Shown piece after piece: positions 1 to 6,481 of a stretch of DNA of 32,000 bases. The position numbers and the translations under genes are program-made. Source of the stretch: Candidatus Saccharimonadota bacterium (GTDB lineage Bacteria; Patescibacteriota; Gracilibacteria; UBA4473). The stretch spans positions 90,001-122,000 of the forward strand of contig OY781871.1 in assembly GCA_963677105.1 (NCBI GenBank). The letters are read 5' to 3'. Within the stretch, counting starts at the first letter, position 1; every line of letters starts with the position of its first letter. Under the pieces are notes generated by a model. The model was not told the DNA's origin, did no database searches, and saw only the letters and a program-made list of their open reading frames with translations.

Positions 1-27
1 ATCCCGCGAAAATAAAAATTGATTTCA

Positions 28-816
28 TCATGCTGGCGGAATAGAAGCATTTAAAAATTTATCAACAAACGTTCCAAGTGCTGAACGAATTTTTGCCCAA
101 TCTCCCTGAATTGTTTTTAATTCTTCTCGTAATGCAATTAACCAAGCATTTTGTCGACTCGCACTTTCTGCTTCTTGATACCACTGCAGCGACTCCATTA
201 CCGCTTTCTCTGCTCTAAACCGCTCTTCTTGTATTTTTGTTTGTACTGCACCAAAATTTAAATTTCGACTTCCCATTACAATTCCTAAATCCTTTCCCTG
301 ATCACGAAAAGATTCTTCATCCTGCATTTTTGCGTATAAAAATAAATCGTATGCACACCACTCTTGTAATACTGTTTCTGCTACACGACACGCAGAAAAT
401 ATTTGAGATATTTCAGCAATCTCGCTTTTTTCACACTCTGAGACAAATCCATTTGCTTCTTGTTCTCCTTGTACGATTGCAAGAAATTTCGGCTGACAAT
501 CTCCTTCTGGAATAAAAATTTCTATCGGCAAATTTGAGCGAAAAGCTCTTTGTGCTTCCTCTTTTTCATGTTTTATTACTTCTTCTAGCGCACTATCAAA
601 AATACAACCTACTGTTTTATGAAATTTCTGTGGTTGTCCCGTCCATCCATTATCCCATTCCCCAATTGGCTCCTCAAGCGAATAATCTACTCGACTATGA
701 CAATAGTCTTTTACGATATCTGAAAAATTCTCTCTTACTTTTTGAGGCAATTCTGCACGAACCGGAGAAATCACTCCGAGCAAACAAATCCCGAAAACGA
801 AGAATGTTTTTTTCAC
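28..816 (-). CDS. secreted hypothetical protein (262 aa from GTG start)
   Basis: ORF 28..879. I place the start at GTG 816, which overlaps the TGA stop of the upstream glycosyltransferase (GTGA). This gives MKKTFFVFGICLLGVISPVRA/ELPQ, a classical signal peptide. No family recognised. Confidence 0.55.
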   Translation of the reverse strand: MKKTFFVFGICLLGVISPVRAELPQKVRENFSDIVKDYCHSRVDYSLEEPIGEWDNGWTGQPQKFHKTVGCIFDSALEEVIKHEKEEAQRAFRSNLPIEIFIPEGDCQPKFLAIVQGEQEANGFVSECEKSEIAEISQIFSACRVAETVLQEWCAYDLFLYAKMQDEESFRDQGKDLGIVMGSRNLNFGAVQTKIQEERFRAEKAVMESLQWYQEAESASRQNAWLIALREELKTIQGDWAKIRSALGTFVDKFLNASIPPA

Positions 817-1943
817 TTTTTTTTCAAGTGTACTGTCTCTAGCAAAATATTCAATGTCTCTTCTGCCGACTTGTCCCAACTAAATTTTTTTATTCGTTTA
901 AAACCGTTTGCTATGAGTTCTTTTCTACGATTGTCATCATTTAATATGAAAGAAATTTTTTCTGTCATTTCTTCTATATTTTCTGGATCAAAATATTCAA
1001 CTGCATCTCCACATACTTCTGGAATCGCTGAAGAATTTGAAACTATTGCTGGTGTTCCTGCCGCCATTGCTTCCAATGGAGGAATTCCAAAACCTTCATA
1101 TAAAGATGGAAACACATATGCCGTAGCAGCTGAATATAATTTTTGTAAATCTGAAAAATCAACGAGTCCAACAAATTGAACTGCTTTTTCTAATTGTAAA
1201 TCTTTCACCGTTTGAAGCACCTCTGGGTAATGTGGATCTCTTCGCCCTGTAATCACTAATTGAATATCTTTTTGTGATTTTTGAACTTCCGAAAAAGCCT
1301 GTAATAAACGCACCAAATTTTTATGTTCTCTCCAAACCCCAGTGTATAATAAAAAGTTCTTTGAAAGTTTATATTTTTTGCAAACTTCATCGTGTTCTTT
1401 TTCTGTACATGCATGAAAATCAGAAGAAATTCCGTTCCAAATAGCTATAATTTTTTTAGGAGAAATGTTAAATAGTTTCACCACATCTTTCTTTGTATTT
1501 TCTGATACTGTAATTATTCTCTTAGAAGAGCGAACCGCATTTGTAATAACAACTTTATACGCAAGTTTTCTCCACCATTGTCCCATCTTTTTCCCTGGAA
1601 AAAATGAAAGTGTTGTGTCATGAATCGTTACCACACAAGGTCGACGATAAAAAATTGGCAAGTTGAAATGTGTAAACCAAACAAGATCACATTTTTCTTT
1701 TTTTAAAATCGACAAAAATTTTGTTTGTTCTGCCAAAGAATAATGCGAGGCATTTACACAAACTTTTTTTACATTTTCAGGAAACTTGAATTTCGAGAAT
1801 TCTGGTTCGTTTAAAAACAAAACCCACTCTATATCTGGTCTCAAAGAAAAAAATCTTTGTGTTATTTCAAAATTATATCGACCAATTCCCGTAAAAGCAT
1901 CCGAAAACATTCGCACATCGATTCCAATTTTTATTTTTTTCAC
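813..1943 (-). CDS. glycosyltransferase, GT-B fold, GT4 / Glycos_transf_1 family
   Basis: 376-aa ORF with a GTG start. The C-terminal half carries the typical family-1 motif region (FVGLVDFSDLQKLYSAATAYVFPSLYEGFGIPPLEAMAAGTPAIVSN). Confidence 0.85.
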   Translation of the reverse strand: MKKIKIGIDVRMFSDAFTGIGRYNFEITQRFFSLRPDIEWVLFLNEPEFSKFKFPENVKKVCVNASHYSLAEQTKFLSILKKEKCDLVWFTHFNLPIFYRRPCVVTIHDTTLSFFPGKKMGQWWRKLAYKVVITNAVRSSKRIITVSENTKKDVVKLFNISPKKIIAIWNGISSDFHACTEKEHDEVCKKYKLSKNFLLYTGVWREHKNLVRLLQAFSEVQKSQKDIQLVITGRRDPHYPEVLQTVKDLQLEKAVQFVGLVDFSDLQKLYSAATAYVFPSLYEGFGIPPLEAMAAGTPAIVSNSSAIPEVCGDAVEYFDPENIEEMTEKISFILNDDNRRKELIANGFKRIKKFSWDKSAEETLNILLETVHLKKK

Positions 1944-1964
1944 AAAAAAAGTATCGCAGAAAAT

Positions 1965-1992
1965 TTGATTTTTTCCAGAAAAAAAGTACTTT
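1965..1992 (+). promoter_or_regulatory. candidate promoter for tRNA-His
   Basis: TTGATT (1965-1970), 16-nt spacer, TACTTT (1987-1992), about 11 nt before the tRNA 5' end. Weak -10. Confidence 0.35.
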
Positions 1993-2003
1993 GCTCTGGC
2001 TAC

Positions 2004-2079
2004 GGCGAACGTAGCTCAGTGGTAGAGCAGCGGTTTGTGGTACCGCTGGCCATGGGTTCGATCCCCATCGTTCGCCCCA
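2004..2079 (+). tRNA. tRNA-His (anticodon GTG) with encoded G-1 and CCA
   Basis: Manual cloverleaf fold:
- G-1 at 2004
- acceptor GCGAACG/CGTTCGC
- D-arm TA-GCTC-AGTGGTA-GAGC
- anticodon arm GCGGT-TTGTGGT-ACCGC (GTG at positions 34-36)
- variable loop TGGCC
- T-arm ATGGG-TTCGATC-CCCAT
- discriminator C pairing with G-1, then CCA. Confidence 0.9.
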
Positions 2080-2092
2080 TGATAAAATTGAG

Positions 2093-2120
2093 AAATACTC
2101 CCTTGCGGAGTATTTTTTAT
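2093..2120 (+). terminator. rho-independent terminator after tRNA-His
   Basis: Stem AAATACTCC / GGAGTATTT with loop CTTGC, followed by a T-run (TTTTTAT). Confidence 0.6.
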
Positions 2121-2136
2121 TACAAAAAATTCCAAA

Positions 2137-2157
2137 TTTGCAGTTTGTAGTTTTATT
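2137..2157 (+). repeat. short heptamer array (3 units), member of the TTTGTAS family
   Basis: TTTGCAG TTTGTAG TTTTATT. The last unit contains the TAA stop (2153-2155, minus strand) of the CsaB-like gene, in the same register as the 21499-21540 copy. Confidence 0.55.
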
Positions 2158-3025
2158 GCTCCTGTCTCTTCAACCAATTCACAACTTTCTCCGCATACGG
2201 TTTTCCCAATGTTTTCACATCTGGACAACCACATGCTTTTGCGAGAATGAGAAAGTGTAAACGTTGCCCAATAGCTTGTTTGGCTGAAGAAAAAATCTCA
2301 ATCGCCTCTCGAATTGTTTCTGGGAAAATAATTTTTCCATCAAAATTCTCTGGACTCCATTTCGCGTCATTTGGCTCCATCGATAAATAAATATCAGCCT
2401 TCGGCCATTTCCCTTCAAATTTCGCACGCGCATTTACTAAAATAAATTTTTTATTTGTACTTTGTACTTTGTACTTTGTGCTTTTCCCCGCTGAAACCTC
2501 TCTCAGAAAATTTTCCGCAGCATCTCCCACCACTTCTGCTTCTCCACCAAAAGAACGAATTACTTCTGCGCTAGATTCATCTCGAACAGAAATAGAACTC
2601 GCTGCAATAATCACTCTATTAAGCCAAAATTTTTGCCAATCATTTTTGGGAACATCAATTCCTTGCGCTTCCATTTCAATACGAGCTTCTGGAAATAGTT
2701 TTCGTAAACCCCAAACGGTACTTCCCCAAATCCACCACGCACGATCTTTTATTGCTAATAATCCTCCTCCAGGAAAAACAATTCGATCAATTTTTCCTTG
2801 CAACTCACGCAACGTTCCTTCTGGATGAGAAATAAATCGAATCCAACTGCGAAATCCTGTTGGAAATGGTAAAACAGTCTGAAATTTCTGTTCTTGAAAT
2901 CGTTGACTAAACGCTCCATCCGCAGTCACAACAATCGCTTTTGGATACCGTTCAAGTGCTGAAGCAAGAATCATTTCATCTCCTACATTTCGTGCGCCGA
3001 AATTTCCAACTAAAAGTGTTTTCAT
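2153..3025 (-). CDS. polysaccharide pyruvyl transferase family protein (CsaB-like)
   Basis: 290-aa ORF. The N-terminus MKTLLVGNFGARNVGDEMILASALE matches the Y/FGxxNxGDE start of pyruvyl transferases. The C-terminal RLHFLILAKACGCP resembles the conserved RLH motif region. It contains an in-frame heptamer array at 2454-2481. Confidence 0.7.
   Translation of the reverse strand: MKTLLVGNFGARNVGDEMILASALERYPKAIVVTADGAFSQRFQEQKFQTVLPFPTGFRSWIRFISHPEGTLRELQGKIDRIVFPGGGLLAIKDRAWWIWGSTVWGLRKLFPEARIEMEAQGIDVPKNDWQKFWLNRVIIAASSISVRDESSAEVIRSFGGEAEVVGDAAENFLREVSAGKSTKYKVQSTNKKFILVNARAKFEGKWPKADIYLSMEPNDAKWSPENFDGKIIFPETIREAIEIFSSAKQAIGQRLHFLILAKACGCPDVKTLGKPYAEKVVNWLKRQEQ
2454..2481 (+). repeat. heptamer array (4 units) inside a CDS
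   Basis: TTTGTAC x3 plus TTTGTGC in perfect tandem. Translated on the minus strand as ..STKYKVQSTNKK.. within the CsaB-like ORF. Confidence 0.85.
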
Positions 3026-3117
3026 TCTTCTTTTTTTTCAGAAGAAATGGCAACATACACACCAAATCCCATCAACAGAAGAAATCCAAGAAGTATTAAT
3101 ATTGCAAAGAAAGACAT
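3022..3117 (-). CDS. 31-aa hydrophobic micro-protein, translationally coupled to the CsaB-like gene
   Basis: Not in the ORF track because it is under 60 aa. ATG 3117 to TGA 3022-3024 encodes MSFFAILILLGFLLLMGFGVYVAISSEKKEE, one TM helix plus a charged tail. Its TGA overlaps the ATG of the downstream gene (ATGA). Confidence 0.4.
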   Translation of the reverse strand: MSFFAILILLGFLLLMGFGVYVAISSEKKEE

Positions 3118-3256
3118 ATTAGAATTATTACTGCAAACGAAATGTAACACAGACCCTCAGTGCTAACAAACAAGAAATATTTTGTTTTGTTTTTTGACAG
3201 ACCTCTTTCCTTTATCTATTTTCGAATGGTATAAATTTTCTTTACTTCAAATAAAT

Positions 3257-3832
3257 ATGAAAACCTTGCGCAACACAGAAACAGAAAAAAATTTATTAAA
3301 ATCTTTCGCTGGCGAATCTCAAGCACGAATGAGATACGATTATTTTGCAAAACAAGCAAAAAAAGAAGGGCTCGAACAAATTTCTGCTATTTTTGCTGAA
3401 ACGGCACTCAATGAAAAAGAACACGCAAAAAGATTTTTCAAATTTTTAGAAGGAGGACACACAAAAATAACAGCAACGTATCCAGCTGGAAAAATTGGAA
3501 CAACGCTCGAAAACCTAAAAGCGTCCGCTGACGGAGAAAATGAAGAATGGAGTGATCTATATCCGGAATTCGCAAAAACAGCACGAGAAGAAGGTTTTAT
3601 AGACATTGCAACTACTTTCACAATGATTGCGATTGCAGAAAAAGCGCATGAAGCAAGATTCCGAAAGTTATATGCAAATCTTGAAGCTGGAAATGTTTTT
3701 AAACGAGAAGGAAAAATTGTTTGGAAATGTTTAAATTGCGGATATTTACACGAAGGAGATTCTGCACCAGAAAAATGTCCTGCTTGTTTGCATCCACAAT
3801 CTTATTTTCAAATCAAAGAAAATAATTATTAA
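3257..3832 (+). CDS. rbr: rubrerythrin
   Basis: Ferritin-like di-iron helices (ESQARMRY.., EKEHAKRF.., GENEEW.., AEKAHEARF) plus a C-terminal rubredoxin-type CxxC..CPxC (WKCLNCGY...KCPACLHP). The start is moved to ATG 3257 (MKTLRNTETEKNL); the track's upstream extension is hydrophobic noise. Confidence 0.9.
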   Translation: MKTLRNTETEKNLLKSFAGESQARMRYDYFAKQAKKEGLEQISAIFAETALNEKEHAKRFFKFLEGGHTKITATYPAGKIGTTLENLKASADGENEEWSDLYPEFAKTAREEGFIDIATTFTMIAIAEKAHEARFRKLYANLEAGNVFKREGKIVWKCLNCGYLHEGDSAPEKCPACLHPQSYFQIKENNY

Positions 3833-3838
3833 AAAGCT

Positions 3839-4435
3839 ATGAACAATCTGCAAGTGCTCCCTCGTTTGAAGAATCAATACTTCACCCTTCGACATGGAGA
3901 AAGTCAGGCGAATATACAAAAAATTGTTTTAAGCGATCCACGAAACGGAGTTCCTAATTTTGGGCTCACTGAAAAAGGAAAACAACAAGTCAGAGATTCT
4001 GTTTCTACCAATAAATATTTGGATAAAAATATAATAATTTATTCTTCAGACTTTCTCAGAGCTAAAGAAACTGCCGAAATTGCAAAAAAAATATTACACA
4101 CTGACAAGATTCATTTTACTGAACTTTTACGAGAACGATTTTTTGGTGATTTTGAAAAAACAAGTAATGAAAATTATGAACTCGTTTGGAAACATGATAA
4201 AGAAGACCCGAATCATGAATTTAAAAATGTAGAAAGTGTTGCGAGTGTTTTAGCGAGAACAACTGGACTCATTCTTGATCTCGAAAAAAAGTTTCACAAT
4301 AAGAAAATATTACTCGTTTCTCATGGAGATTCGTTACAAATATTACAAACAGGATTTTTAAAAACGTGTTCCTCCACGCACCGTGAAATTCAACATTTAC
4401 ATACTGCAGAAATAAGAGAATTATTACTTGAATAA
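3839..4435 (+). CDS. histidine phosphatase family protein (phosphoglycerate-mutase-like)
   Basis: RHGES catalytic motif near the N-terminus (FTLRHGESQAN) and a second His motif (LVSHGDSLQIL). Confidence 0.75.
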   Translation: MNNLQVLPRLKNQYFTLRHGESQANIQKIVLSDPRNGVPNFGLTEKGKQQVRDSVSTNKYLDKNIIIYSSDFLRAKETAEIAKKILHTDKIHFTELLRERFFGDFEKTSNENYELVWKHDKEDPNHEFKNVESVASVLARTTGLILDLEKKFHNKKILLVSHGDSLQILQTGFLKTCSSTHREIQHLHTAEIRELLLE

Positions 4436-4443
4436 TTTTTTAC

Positions 4444-4482
4444 ATAAAAAAATGCTCCCAACCGAAGTCGGGAGCTTTATTT
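4444..4482. terminator. bidirectional rho-independent terminator (stronger on the minus strand)
   Basis: The minus strand reads GCUCCCGAC-UUCG-GUUGGGAGC followed by AUUUUUUU: a 9-bp stem with one G.U and a UUCG tetraloop. The plus strand forms the same stem with one A.C mismatch, followed by TTTATTT. It lies between convergent genes. Confidence 0.75.
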
Positions 4483-4514
4483 CAGGACACCTCATTAGTG
4501 TGAGCTGAGGGGCT

Positions 4515-4709
4515 CTAACAAGGCATCTCTTGCATAATACACATTCGATTTTTTTGGTATCCATGGCCACATTTTCCACAACCATCACAGCTTAAAAAAC
4601 AATCTTTCTTTTTACCTTGTGGATTAAGATTTCCTTTGCTTAACCGATTCTTGTGTCCTTGTTCTTTCGCTAATGCTAAAATTTCTTCGTTTGTCATTTC
4701 TCGTGACAT
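4515..4709 (-). CDS. small cysteine-rich protein (64 aa, six Cys in the C-terminal 28 residues)
   Basis: ATG is preceded by the best SD in the window (AAAAAAAAGGAAGGAAAAA-ATG) and the ORF is followed by a strong terminator. Sequence: MSREMTNEEILALAKEQGHKNRLSKGNLNPQGKKKD-CFLSCDGCGKCGHGYQKNRMCIMQEMPC, Cys pattern CX3CX2CX2C..CX6C. No family recognised. Confidence 0.5.
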   Translation of the reverse strand: MSREMTNEEILALAKEQGHKNRLSKGNLNPQGKKKDCFLSCDGCGKCGHGYQKNRMCIMQEMPC

Positions 4710-4975
4710 TTTTTCCTTCCTTTTTTTTGTTCTAGTCTATGTCTTGTTACACAGACCGAAACCAAGAAACAACACTATTTCTTAATCTCGATCTGCGCTT
4801 TTAAAACCCTTCTCAGGGCCTGAAATTTCTCACTTCTTATGTTTTACGAACTCGCTTTCGTTCCAGACGGAAGTCAGCCAATATCAGTAACTTTTTTATA
4901 AAAAATGAGGAGAATAAAGCCCTGTGATCCGAAATGTCAAAGAAATACCTTCTGTCTAATAATTTTCTGTCGAGA
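4710..4975 (-). other. long structured 5' leader (or independent small RNA) upstream of the Cys-rich ORF
   Basis: No credible ORF on the minus strand. Minus-strand hairpins:
- 4805-4820: GGCCCU-GAGA-AGGGUU, GNRA-capped
- 4764-4783: AAGAAA..UUUCUU
- 4735-4756: GUCUGUG..CAUAGAC
- 4846-4861: ACGAA..UUCGU
I could not match any riboswitch or ncRNA class. Confidence 0.35.
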
Positions 4976-4977
4976 AA

Positions 4978-5005
4978 CTTATACTGATTTTATAAATTTT
5001 GTCAA
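4978..5005 (-). promoter_or_regulatory. candidate sigma70-type promoter for the leader and Cys-rich ORF
   Basis: The minus strand reads TTGACA (5005-5000), 16-nt spacer, TATAAG (4983-4978). It lies just downstream of the stop of the 81-aa ORF. Confidence 0.45.
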
Positions 5006-5021
5006 CAGTATAAAAAATATA

Positions 5022-5267
5022 TCATTTTTTATTATCTCCAATTATATTATCAACAATTACCATTGGATCCTGATGTTCTATTTCTCCTATTCCTTGAATG
5101 ATTTGTTCAGAAGTTGCATGAGGATTTTTGTTTAAAACCTCTCTCATCTCCTCAGCAAATCTCTCTACAATCGCAATAATTATTGGTGTATTATGCTGTT
5201 CTTTTTTGGGGAGAAGCATTTTTATAGCCTTCGATTGTGCCTCACTCTGTTCTAAAAATGTGTTCAT
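5022..5267 (-). CDS. hypothetical protein (81 aa)
   Basis: ORF 5022..5297 begins at TTG. I prefer ATG 5267 (MNTFLEQSEAQ..), which lies downstream of GAGAGGAG. Acidic, helical, no family recognised. Confidence 0.5.
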   Translation of the reverse strand: MNTFLEQSEAQSKAIKMLLPKKEQHNTPIIIAIVERFAEEMREVLNKNPHATSEQIIQGIGEIEHQDPMVIVDNIIGDNKK

Positions 5268-5310
5268 TTCAAATATTCTACTCCTCTCGAAAAACAAAAA
5301 GCAAGTCTTT

Positions 5311-6435
5311 CTATGACTTTATTAAAAATTCATTTAACTGCTCTCTAAAATGCGCTTCATCAAAAGACATTCCTCTTTTTACTATTTCCTTTTTATCTAT
5401 CGTTTTTTCTATTTTCACAAAATGATCAATCGCTTGTTGTAGCGATTCTCTTGATTGCTCAGCAAAAGAACTTCCCCACTTGCCGACAGATTCTGTCGCA
5501 CCACCTTTGTTGTAGTAAATGACTGGAGTTCCTGCTAACATTGCCTCAATCGGAGTAAGTCCAAAATCCTCTTCTGCTGGAAATAAAAATGCACGCGCAC
5601 CCGCATATAATTCTGCTAATTCTTCATCTGGAACGAATCCAAGAAAATCAATATTCTTTGTGTTTTTTGCGAGTTCTTTACAGCGTTCCCATTCTGGTCC
5701 ACGTCCTGCTAGTTTCAATTTCAATTTATTTTTCGCAAATGTTTCAACAAGTAAATCAAATTTTTTGTAGGGAATAAATCGTCCAACCGCAAGAAAATAA
5801 TCTCGTTTTTTACTTTCTTTTCCAGCTGTAACAAATTTTTGTGTTTCTACTCCAGGATATATTGTTGTCGATTTTTTTCCGTAAAATTGTTGAATACGTT
5901 TTCCCACAAAATCAGAATTTGAAATCCAATGGTCAACATTTTTTGCGGCGCGTTGATCTATTCTCGTAAGCCAATTTAATAACACTGGTAAAATAATTCG
6001 TACTGGTTTTATCCATACAGGAAGCGGAAATGTTTTTATATATTCATCGCGTGCATGATAGAGAAACCGAACTGGCGTATGACAATAGCAAACATGTATT
6101 TGTTCTTTTCTTGTTTTTTTTACACACTTAGAAAACCCCGAACTGCTCGAGGTAATAATCAAATCAAATTCAGAAAGATTCAGTTTTTTAAATGCGTTTG
6201 GAAAAAATGGCAATAAAAACTGATGTTTATTTCGAATAAAAGCTGGAAATTTTTGTAACCAAGTTGTCTTCACTGTTTTTGTATGAAGTTCTGGAAATTG
6301 CGACTTATTATAAACACTCGTGAAAATAATTGCCTCAGGAAACAGTTTCGCTAAAGAAAAAATAACACGCTCTGCCCCACCACGACTCGTAAGCCAATCA
6401 GCAACAATCGCTACTTTCTTTCCTTCTAATTTCAT
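5311..6435 (-). CDS. glycosyltransferase, GT4 / Glycos_transf_1 family
   Basis: N-terminus MKLEGKKVAIVADWLTSRGGAERV is typical of this family, and C-terminal FLFPAEEDFGLTPIEAMLAGTPVI is the GT-B donor-binding region. ATG 6435 is preferred over the track's GTG 6477. Confidence 0.85.
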   Translation of the reverse strand: MKLEGKKVAIVADWLTSRGGAERVIFSLAKLFPEAIIFTSVYNKSQFPELHTKTVKTTWLQKFPAFIRNKHQFLLPFFPNAFKKLNLSEFDLIITSSSSGFSKCVKKTRKEQIHVCYCHTPVRFLYHARDEYIKTFPLPVWIKPVRIILPVLLNWLTRIDQRAAKNVDHWISNSDFVGKRIQQFYGKKSTTIYPGVETQKFVTAGKESKKRDYFLAVGRFIPYKKFDLLVETFAKNKLKLKLAGRGPEWERCKELAKNTKNIDFLGFVPDEELAELYAGARAFLFPAEEDFGLTPIEAMLAGTPVIYYNKGGATESVGKWGSSFAEQSRESLQQAIDHFVKIEKTIDKKEIVKRGMSFDEAHFREQLNEFLIKS

Positions 6436-6481
6436 CTTCGGAATTCTGGCATTTTTTGGAAAAACTGGCAAACTCACAGGG

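Noticed and set aside
237-1179. Plus-strand ORFs 237..515, 534..842 and 742..1179 from the track
   Set aside because: They lie entirely antisense to the well-supported minus-strand secreted protein and GT4 genes. Their low-complexity L/F/S-rich translations are typical of shadow ORFs in AT-rich DNA.
1857-2234. ORFs 1857..2150 (+) and 2016..2234 (-) overlapping the tRNA
   Set aside because: They span the tRNA-His gene and its terminator. The translations have no protein-like features.
3119-3133. PerR/Fur-like box TTAGAATTATTACTG upstream of rubrerythrin
   Set aside because: Only about 11/15 matches to TTATAATNATTATAA in very AT-rich DNA. It lies about 125 nt from the rbr start and overlaps the start region of the opposite-strand micro-ORF. 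This is not sufficient.
3182-3256. N-terminal extensions of track ORFs (3182, 6320, 9638, 29544, 27910, 6477)
   Set aside because: Internal ATG starts give canonical family N-termini or signal peptides. The extensions overlap neighbouring genes or promoters and begin at non-ATG codons.
3140-4760. Shared 13-mer GGTCTGTGT(T/A)ACA upstream of both small minus-strand ORFs (near 3145 and 4750)
   Set aside because: A 12/13 match between two sites in 32 kb, counting both strands, is expected many times by chance. Nothing else supports it.
4710-4975. Assignment of the leader to SRP RNA (a GGAA-capped stem followed by AGCC on the + strand) or to a TPP riboswitch (CUGAGA)
   Set aside because: Only isolated short motifs match. 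The flanking helices and the other conserved cores (ACCUGAUCUGGAUAAUGCCAGCG for TPP, and the symmetric loop plus long closing helix for SRP) are absent.
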